64,000 nucleotides of DNA from Candidatus Latescibacterota bacterium (GTDB lineage: Bacteria > Latescibacterota > UBA2968 > GCA-2709665), in NCBI GenBank assembly GCA_965226795.1, contig CBDDDZ010000005.1, forward strand, positions 1,024,001-1,088,000, read 5' to 3'. Made by a program: the position numbers and the translations under genes. This document shows positions 56,714-64,000 of this stretch, piece after piece. The notes below the pieces were generated by a model. It did no database searches. It was not told the DNA's origin and was given only the letters and a program-made list of their open reading frames with translations. Each line of letters opens with the position of its first letter. Positions within the stretch are counted from its first letter, which is position 1.

Positions 56714-57495
56714 CGAAACGAATCATACCCTGTCTGGACGTCAAGAACGGCCGGAATGTACGCGGGGTGAAGTTTTCGGCGGACCGGGACGCCGGAGACC
56801 CTGTCGAACTGGCCCGTCGCTACGACGAGGAAGGGGCCGACGAACTTGTATTTTACGATATTACGGCTTCGGCCGAGAAGCGAGAGATCGTCGCCGATCT
56901 CGTGCGCCAGGTATCGGAACAGGTGTTTATCCCATTTACGGTGGGCGGGGGCGTGCGGACGTTTGACGATATTCGCACGATCATCGAGGGCGGCGCCGAA
57001 AAGGCATCCATCAATTCGGCCGCGGTTCGCACGCCAGAGTTGATTACCCGCGGTGCAGAGCGTTTTGGCGCACAGGCAATCGTCGGATCCATCGACGCAG
57101 TTAGATGCGGGAGCAAGTCCGGAAATCCAAAGTGGGAAGTGATGATCGACGGGGGCAGGTCGCCGACGGGCAGAGATGCCCTGGAATGGGCGTTGGAATT
57201 GGTCGACAGGGGCGCTGGGGAGCTGGTGTTGAACAGCATCGATGCTGACGGTACGAGGGAGGGGTATGACATTGAGCTGAACCGCGCGGTGGCGGATCTT
57301 GTAGACGTGCCGATCGTGGCTTCCGGGGGTTCAGGTGGACCGGAGCACATGTATCAGGTGCTTCATCAAGGTAAGGCGAGTGCCGCACTGGCAGCGTCTA
57401 TCTTTCATTATCGGCACTATAGCATTCCTCAGGTGAAAGCGTATCTTGCCAGGCGGGGCATCTGTGTGCGGCCCCGGGTGAGGGTGGATTTGTAA
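56707..57495 (+). CDS. hisF: Imidazole glycerol phosphate synthase cyclase subunit
   Basis: MLAKRIIPCLD, DITAS, VGGG, ASGG. Confidence 0.97.
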   Translation: MLAKRIIPCLDVKNGRNVRGVKFSADRDAGDPVELARRYDEEGADELVFYDITASAEKREIVADLVRQVSEQVFIPFTVGGGVRTFDDIRTIIEGGAEKASINSAAVRTPELITRGAERFGAQAIVGSIDAVRCGSKSGNPKWEVMIDGGRSPTGRDALEWALELVDRGAGELVLNSIDADGTREGYDIELNRAVADLVDVPIVASGGSGGPEHMYQVLHQGKASAALAASIFHYRHYSIPQVKAYLARRGICVRPRVRVDL

Positions 57496-58703
57496 TGGAT
57501 CGTTGTATAACTAAAGGAAAACCGGGGCGTCGAGCGGAGGATGGAAAGATGGGTGATTCGGAGCCGAATCGGACCTGCCCCGAGCGAAGGAAGCTGTTCG
57601 AGGGTGTTCGGCGTGTCGTGGTGAAGCTGGGCACACGGCTGGTCACGCTTCAGGATCACACGCTGAATCTGAAGCTGATCGAGCGCCTGGCTACCGATGT
57701 GGCGGAATTGCGCCGGACGGGAATACAGGTTGCCGTTGTGTCGTCGGGCGCCGTTGGGGCCGGTATGGGCCGGCTGGGGCTTGAGGAGCGGCCGCGACGA
57801 CTGTCGGCGTTGCAGGCGACCGCGGCGGTTGGTCAGGGGCTGGTGATGAATGCGTACAAACTGGCGTTCCGGGCCCATCACATTCCCGTTGGACAGGTAC
57901 TGCTGACTGCCGATGACCTTGATAACAGACGTCGATACGTTAACGCCCGGAATACGCTGGATTCGTTGTTTCGATTCGGCGCCGTTCCGATCCTTAACGA
58001 AAACGACAGCGTGGCGGTTGAGGAACTCCAGCTTTCGGTAGGCGACAACGACCGACTATCCGCGCTCGTGGCGCATCTGGTTGACGCTGACCTTCTCGTT
58101 ATCCTGACCGACGTCGATGGACTTTACTCGGAAGATCCGTACCGCAACTCTGACGCGCACCTTATTGCGCGGGTTGAGGAGGTCCGCCCCGAAATGATCG
58201 AGCGGGCCGGAAGAGCCGGCCGCCGGGTGAGTCTGGGTGGAATGCGTTCAAAACTGGAGGCGGTACAGAGTGTGACGCGGGGAGGCAGGTTGGCGGTGAT
58301 TGCAAACGGGCACAAGATCGGATTGGGCCGAATCCTTGCAGGAACGCCGGCGGGCACGTTGTTTCTTGCCGAGAGAGAGAGGCTTCCTGGCCGTAAGCTC
58401 TGGATTGCCAATTCTCGTCGACACGGCGCCGTGATTGTGGACGACGGCGCGGTGGAGGCAATCGTGAAACGCGGCAAGAGCCTGTTGCCTTCAGGTATCG
58501 TAAAGGTGGTAGGCGCCTTTGACGCTGGAGAATTGATTGCCGTTGAAGACCGGAGACGGCTGGAGGTTGCACGTGGCGTAGTGAAGTACGGTTCGGAGGA
58601 GGTACAGCGGATATTGGGTAAATCAACTGGCGAGGTGGTGGCGATTCTAGATGTGGAAACGGGAGGAGAGGTGGTTCACCGGGACGATCTGGTGGTGCTG
58701 TAG
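57495..58703 (+). CDS. proB: Glutamate 5-kinase with PUA domain
   Basis: VVKLGT, SSGAV, NENDSV, GDND, GGMRSK, HRDDL. True start may be 57549. Confidence 0.96.
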   Translation: MDRCITKGKPGRRAEDGKMGDSEPNRTCPERRKLFEGVRRVVVKLGTRLVTLQDHTLNLKLIERLATDVAELRRTGIQVAVVSSGAVGAGMGRLGLEERPRRLSALQATAAVGQGLVMNAYKLAFRAHHIPVGQVLLTADDLDNRRRYVNARNTLDSLFRFGAVPILNENDSVAVEELQLSVGDNDRLSALVAHLVDADLLVILTDVDGLYSEDPYRNSDAHLIARVEEVRPEMIERAGRAGRRVSLGGMRSKLEAVQSVTRGGRLAVIANGHKIGLGRILAGTPAGTLFLAERERLPGRKLWIANSRRHGAVIVDDGAVEAIVKRGKSLLPSGIVKVVGAFDAGELIAVEDRRRLEVARGVVKYGSEEVQRILGKSTGEVVAILDVETGGEVVHRDDLVVL

Positions 58704-58860
58704 TCGTCGGGGTCATGTTCGCGCCCGTACACCGTTTCTCCGGCGTTAGGTGTGCGCCTCCGACCGCCGAGGGATCTCGAAAGCGGTCGTCGGGGTATCG
58801 TCCGGTGAATCGATGGGCGGAAAGTGCATGGCGGTCCAATCATTCGCAGGGGTCTTCGGA

Positions 58861-59208
58861 ATGAAATTCTATAGAGGAAAACGGGAATACCTGTACGCAC
58901 CCCGCAGAAAGATGTATAGATTCCTGTGGGCTCTGCCGGCCCTGTGGTTCGTCTATTTGTTTTTCGCGGGAGACAGTGGGTATCTTCAGATTCGGGAGCG
59001 GAGCCGGGAGATTGAGGCGATGCAGGGTGAGATTGCAACCGTAAGGGTGGAAAACCGGCGGTTGACGGCCGAAGTCGAAATGTTGCAGAACGACCTGGCG
59101 ATCATTGAGAGGATTGCGCGGGAGCGGTACGGGATGGTCAAGGAAAACGAAACGGTCTATATGGTGTACCCTGGTACGCCGGCCCCAAAGTCGACATCCG
59201 AGAAATGA
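58861..59208 (+). CDS. Septum formation initiator (FtsB/DivIC family)
   Basis: TM helix, coiled coil, IERIARERYGMVKENE. Confidence 0.88.
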   Translation: MKFYRGKREYLYAPRRKMYRFLWALPALWFVYLFFAGDSGYLQIRERSREIEAMQGEIATVRVENRRLTAEVEMLQNDLAIIERIARERYGMVKENETVYMVYPGTPAPKSTSEK

Positions 59209-59987
59209 TATCGAAAACCGAAGGTCTGGTTCTGCGCGGCTACCGGATGAGCGAGAGTAGTAAGGTGGTGGTCATCTATACCCGTACCGCGGGTAAGGTT
59301 CGGGTTGTCGCCAGGGGCGCCCGGCGCCCCAGGAGTAAGTTCGGTGCCAGCGTGGAGCCTATGACCTGGGGAGCTTACGTTTTCTATAGCCGGGAAAACA
59401 GAGATTTACAGACGCTGAGCGAAGGCGATATTCTGTATGCCTTCGAGGGCCTCAAACGGGTCTATCGGCGCCTCGTTTACGCAAGCGCCGTTTGTGATTT
59501 GCTGGATCGCCTGACGCCGGAAGAAGATCCGAATTCACTCCTGTGCAGCGTTACGCTGGACACGCTGCGATGGATGGAAACGGTTGAGGAAAAGGCGATT
59601 GAATTGCCACTTTGGTATTTTCAGCTGAGGGCCGCCGCGGAGCTGGGATATCGTCCCCATCTGAGCGGGTGCGTCCAATGCGGCGGGCGGATAACCGGCG
59701 GCCGGGTCTGTTTCGACGCGGGGCGGGGCGGTACGGTCTGCCGCCGGTGCGAAAGCGGGGGCCTTGGAGTGAAAATGGCTACCATCCAATACCTGGAGCA
59801 GCTTCAGACAGCACGTGCAGACCGAATTGACGAGAAGGGTTTCCGGGCGATCGACACCAACGAAGCGCGTCGTGTGCTGCGTAGCTTTTTGTGGCGCCAC
59901 ATTGAAAACCGGGGCCAGGTCAAGTCGCTGGATTTTTTGAATCGAATGCTGGCTGCAGAGGGTCAATCCGTGCCCTACGGCAGTTGA
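59205..59987 (+). CDS. recO: DNA repair protein RecO
   Basis: GKVRVVARGARRPRSKF, GYRPHLSGCVQCG...CRRC zinc finger. Confidence 0.95.
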   Translation: MISKTEGLVLRGYRMSESSKVVVIYTRTAGKVRVVARGARRPRSKFGASVEPMTWGAYVFYSRENRDLQTLSEGDILYAFEGLKRVYRRLVYASAVCDLLDRLTPEEDPNSLLCSVTLDTLRWMETVEEKAIELPLWYFQLRAAAELGYRPHLSGCVQCGGRITGGRVCFDAGRGGTVCRRCESGGLGVKMATIQYLEQLQTARADRIDEKGFRAIDTNEARRVLRSFLWRHIENRGQVKSLDFLNRMLAAEGQSVPYGS

Positions 59988-60064
59988 GGATCGGTCGACG
60001 GCTGGCCGCATACGATAACAACTGATTGACTCCCCGCCTTTTGGAAAAGGATCAGGTCCGCGGA

Positions 60065-62752
60065 ATGGGAGAACAGGCCGTGCTCGAAACAAAGTACGAT
60101 CCAGGGTCGGTTGAAAAGACGTGGTATGCCTTTTGGGAGTCAAAGGGCTATTTCAGGCCGGAATATCGGGCCACCGGAAAGGCGTATTCCATCACGATTC
60201 CACCGCCGAATGTCACCGGAGAGCTCCACATGGGACACGCGCTGCAGCATGCGATTCATGATGCCGTGGTGCGATGGAAGCGCATGCAGGGGCATCGAAC
60301 GCTCTGCCTGCCCGGTACCGACCACGCCGGTATTGCCACACAGATGAAGGTCGAGCAACGGCTTTTCGAGGAGGAAGGAAAGGGACGCCACGATATTGGT
60401 CGTGACGAGATGTTGAAACGGATCGCGGTTTGGAAACAAGAATACGGGGGAACCATTCTTAAGCAGCTCCGGGAATTGGGTTGCAGCTACGATTGGGACC
60501 GTGAACGGTTTACCATGGACCATGGGTACACCCGGGCGGTTTTGTCGGCATTTGTGAGATTTTATGAAAAGGGATGGGTCTACCGCGGCAAGCGGATGGT
60601 AAATTGGTGCCCGAAGTGCGGCACGGTCATATCGGACCTGGAAGTGGAGGAGCGGGATCATGAGGGACACCTGTGGCATATTCGGTATCCGGGTCTGGAG
60701 GGTGGGCCGGACGTGGTGGTTGCCACGACCCGTCCTGAGACGATGTTGGGGGATACGGGCGTGGCGGTGCATCCCGATGACCGTCGCTGGCAACGGGCAA
60801 TTGGCGGCCGTGTCATGCTGCCGCTTATGGAGCGGCCGATCCCGATTGTGGCCGATCGGTACGCGGATCCGGAGATGGGTAGCGGCGCGGTAAAGGTGAC
60901 GCCCGCACACGACCCCAATGACTACGAAATCGGGTTGCGCCACGGGTTGCCGGAGATCCAGGTCATTGGATTCAGCGGAGAGATGAACGAGGAAGCCGGA
61001 TCATTTAGCGGTATGGACCGGTTTGCCTGCCGAAGCGCGGTGGTTGCGGCCCTGAAGGAGTCGGGACTACTCGATCAAATTGAGGATTACGAACATATGG
61101 TGCCGCACCACGATAAGTGCGGCACTCCCATCGAGCCACTGCCGATGGACCAGTGGTTTCTGGCCATGAGATCCCTTGCGGATCAGGCTCTGCCCGCCTT
61201 GAGAAAGCAAGAGATCAGATACGTACCTGATCGCTTTCGGGAGTATTCCGTCGAGTGGCTGGAAAACATCCAGGATTGGTGCATCTCCCGCCAGATCTGG
61301 TGGGGACACCGTATCCCTGTGTGGACCTGCGAAGACTGCCGAGGTGTGTTGGTTCGAGTGGATGCGCCCGTACGTTGCGACGCCTGCGGCAACCGAGAAC
61401 TTGTGCAGGATCCGGACGTTCTGGACACCTGGTTTTCATCGGCCCTCTGGCCCTTCGCCACCCTCGGATGGCCGACTCCGGCCGAGGACTTGAAGGTGTT
61501 TCATCCAACCGATCTGATGATAACCGGCAGGGATATTCTCTTCCTGTGGGTGGCGCGGATGATCATGACGGCCGTTGAGTTTGTCGATGAAATTCCTTTC
61601 GGACGGGTTCTTGTACATCCGACCGTCCAGACGCGCGACGGCAGACGGATGAGTAAGTCGCTGGGTACCGGAATTGATCCCAGGGAGCTGATCGAACGGT
61701 ACGGCGCGGATGCAACGCGACTGTCGTTGCTTTATCAGTGCGGCAGTTCACAGGACATTCGATTTGACGCCGACGTCGTTGACAACCATTTACAGGACTC
61801 TCCCATAGCGGAGTCCTGCAGGAATTTCTGCAACAAGATCTGGAACGCGGCGCGGTTTGTACAGATGAACCTGGATGGGGCTGACTCCAGGTACACGCCG
61901 CCGCCGCCGGCGTCGCCCGTTGATCCTGCGGATCGATGGATACTCAGCCAGTACAACCGCACGGTGCGCACCGTGACGGAGTCTCTCGAGGCCTATCGGT
62001 TTGACGAAGCATCCAGAACCCTTTACGAATTCGTATGGAACGCGTATTGCGACTGGTACCTGGAAATTGCCAAGGTGAGGCTGAACGTCGGCGACCCGGA
62101 AACCAAAAAAATCGCGCGGAGCGTGCTCGTCCACGTGCTTGAGGGCTCCCTGCGCTTGCTTCATCCGATGGCCCCGTTTATCTCCGAAGCGCTGTGGCAG
62201 CAACTGCCACACTCTGGAGAAGCGCTGATTGTTGCGAAGTGGCCGTCGGTGAATTCGAAACGATTCGACGAGACGGCGGAACACGAGGTGGCGCTATTGC
62301 AGGCGGTGGTGGGTGCGGTCCGGAATATCCGCGGTACGATGCGCGTGCCACCGGGCAGACGCGCGGATCTCCACTTGAAGGTGAATTCAACCGATATCGG
62401 GGACGTCCTGATCGGATTCGGGGATTACCTGCGAGCGCTCGCCAAGGTAGCGGACCTTCGCATCGGCGCTGATATCATCCGCCCGCCGGCTACTGCGAGC
62501 GCCGTGTTGACGGATGTCGAAATCTTTGTGCCCTTACAGGGGCTGATTGATCTCGACGTCGAACGCCAGCGTCTGCGGAAAGAGATCGAGAAGCTGGAGG
62601 GGCTGCTGGGCGGACTGGACAGGAAGCTGAGTAACGCTGGCTTTCTGAACAATGCACCCGCAGAGGTCGTCTCCAGGGAGAAGGGACGCCACGCGCAGTA
62701 CCAGAATGCATTGGGCAGGTTGAACGAGAATCTTGCAGCGGTGACGTCATGA
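60065..62752 (+). CDS. valS: Valine--tRNA ligase
   Basis: PPPNVTGELHMGHA, DHAGIATQ, DWCISRQ, DTWFSS, RMSKS, C-terminal coiled coil. Confidence 0.98.
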   Translation: MGEQAVLETKYDPGSVEKTWYAFWESKGYFRPEYRATGKAYSITIPPPNVTGELHMGHALQHAIHDAVVRWKRMQGHRTLCLPGTDHAGIATQMKVEQRLFEEEGKGRHDIGRDEMLKRIAVWKQEYGGTILKQLRELGCSYDWDRERFTMDHGYTRAVLSAFVRFYEKGWVYRGKRMVNWCPKCGTVISDLEVEERDHEGHLWHIRYPGLEGGPDVVVATTRPETMLGDTGVAVHPDDRRWQRAIGGRVMLPLMERPIPIVADRYADPEMGSGAVKVTPAHDPNDYEIGLRHGLPEIQVIGFSGEMNEEAGSFSGMDRFACRSAVVAALKESGLLDQIEDYEHMVPHHDKCGTPIEPLPMDQWFLAMRSLADQALPALRKQEIRYVPDRFREYSVEWLENIQDWCISRQIWWGHRIPVWTCEDCRGVLVRVDAPVRCDACGNRELVQDPDVLDTWFSSALWPFATLGWPTPAEDLKVFHPTDLMITGRDILFLWVARMIMTAVEFVDEIPFGRVLVHPTVQTRDGRRMSKSLGTGIDPRELIERYGADATRLSLLYQCGSSQDIRFDADVVDNHLQDSPIAESCRNFCNKIWNAARFVQMNLDGADSRYTPPPPASPVDPADRWILSQYNRTVRTVTESLEAYRFDEASRTLYEFVWNAYCDWYLEIAKVRLNVGDPETKKIARSVLVHVLEGSLRLLHPMAPFISEALWQQLPHSGEALIVAKWPSVNSKRFDETAEHEVALLQAVVGAVRNIRGTMRVPPGRRADLHLKVNSTDIGDVLIGFGDYLRALAKVADLRIGADIIRPPATASAVLTDVEIFVPLQGLIDLDVERQRLRKEIEKLEGLLGGLDRKLSNAGFLNNAPAEVVSREKGRHAQYQNALGRLNENLAAVTS

Positions 62753-62900
62753 AGCGACTGCCCGCAACAGCGCAGGCGCTGCGGGCTCGAATTCAAAGCC
62801 TCACTCCGTGCGAGCCGACGGCGGTCGTACATGGCCGGAATGCCGCGGCATCGGTCCGGCGTGAAAGCGTTTGACTTGATTCAGATTGGAAGTCCGTAAG

Positions 62901-64000
62901 ATGTTGAGACATTATGTACGGCGGATTTTTCTCTATTGTGGGATCTGTGTCCTGGTGTATGCGGGCGTCGCAGGCGGGGTGGTGCTTCGATTCAAGGATG
63001 AATTACCCTCCTTTTCGCAAATGGAGGAGGTGGAGCCCGCGCGAACCACCAGCATCATTTCCGCCGACGGTGTCGTACTGAAGCGTTTCTGGGTCGAGAA
63101 TCGGGTGCCGATTACTTACAACCAGATTCCCGAGGCCGCGATCTGGGCCCTGACCGCGACGGAGGATCAGCTCTTCTGGCGGCATTGGGGTGTGAGCCTG
63201 CCCGATATCTTCCGCGCCGTATTGCGCAACGTGACGCAGGAGGGCAGTCTGAAGGGCCACGGCGCCAGCACGATTACGCAGCAACTCGCCCGGAATCTGT
63301 TCCTGGACCAGAAACAGACATGGACCAGGAAAGTGAAGGAGCAGTTGACGGCCGTGCTGCTCGAGCGGACGTATACGAAACGCGAAATTATCGAGATATA
63401 TTTCAACAAGGTCCTGTTCGGCAACGGTGCATATGGCATTCAGTCTGCGGCTGAGCGGTTTTTCGGCAAGGCAGCCAGGGAGTTGACTCTGGACGAGTGC
63501 GCGCTGCTGGTTGGACTCCTCAGAGGACCCTATTTCTACTCACCGATCAACCATCCCCGACGGGCGAGAGATCGGCGTGACGTGGTACTTCGTTTGATGC
63601 GCAGCACGGGCCGAATCACTCAGGCGCAATACCAATCCGCCACGCGCCGACCCATTATCTTAAAGGATACCGAGGATGAAGAGATCGGTGAAGCGCCGTA
63701 TTTCACGGAGTACATTCGTCGATATCTCGAGAAAAATTACGGCTGGAATCTCTTGTACAAGGATGGCGCGTCGGTCTATTCGACTGTGGACAGCCGTATC
63801 CAGTCCATTGCTGAAGAGACCCTGCTAAACCACCTGGACAAGGTGCAGAAAAGGGTGGATGCGAAACGACGGTGGAGCCCGCCGGATACGGCTTTTTGGG
63901 CTGGAATCAGCACCCGGGAAGACTCGCTGAGGGCCACGGTGGTGCAGGGAGCGCTGGTCGCGCTGGACACCCATACGGGACACATTCTGGCTATGGTAGG
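62901..64000 (+). CDS. Class A penicillin-binding protein (PBP1A family), partial
   Basis: Manual translation from ATG 62901: TM anchor, then TEDQLFWRHWG, GASTITQQLARNLF, RKVKE transglycosylase motifs; open to the window end. Confidence 0.92.
   Translation, partial: MLRHYVRRIFLYCGICVLVYAGVAGGVVLRFKDELPSFSQMEEVEPARTTSIISADGVVLKRFWVENRVPITYNQIPEAAIWALTATEDQLFWRHWGVSLPDIFRAVLRNVTQEGSLKGHGASTITQQLARNLFLDQKQTWTRKVKEQLTAVLLERTYTKREIIEIYFNKVLFGNGAYGIQSAAERFFGKAARELTLDECALLVGLLRGPYFYSPINHPRRARDRRDVVLRLMRSTGRITQAQYQSATRRPIILKDTEDEEIGEAPYFTEYIRRYLEKNYGWNLLYKDGASVYSTVDSRIQSIAEETLLNHLDKVQKRVDAKRRWSPPDTAFWAGISTREDSLRATVVQGALVALDTHTGHILAMV

Overview
Bacterial chromosome segment, high GC, from what looks like an uncultured FCB-superphylum lineage (Latescibacterota/PAUC34f-like; inferred from divergent rRNA signatures and gene content, not verified). 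The left ~35 kb is mostly minus-strand. It holds an OprB porin (partial), a TonB-dependent receptor plus DUF4249-like lipoprotein, small catabolic enzymes, a patch of decaying accessory genes, an ABC-2 exporter, nadA, a GalU-like/GHMP-kinase pair, trxA, holA, purM, folP, ftsH and tilS. The right ~29 kb is all plus-strand: a complete rRNA operon (16S-tRNA-Ile-tRNA-Ala-23S-5S), an EF-G paralogue, then yebC-ruvCAB-tsaB-rimI-holB-metG-tatD-rsmA-ilvE-proC-hisH-hisF-proB-ftsB-recO-valS-PBP1A. The standout is a three-gene envelope redox operon at 27.4-30.6 kb: TlpA-like CxxC protein, then a DUF6029-like outer-membrane barrel with a C-terminal Cys pair, then a hidden exported selenoprotein. The selenoprotein has an in-frame TGA in a UxxC motif followed by an E. 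coli-like SECIS hairpin, and its redoxin domain is fused to an Ig-like domain and a twin EF-hand/dockerin-like tail. The ORF track splits it in two. The operon has a sigma70-like promoter with a 27-bp palindrome at the predicted start site and a perfect palindromic terminator.
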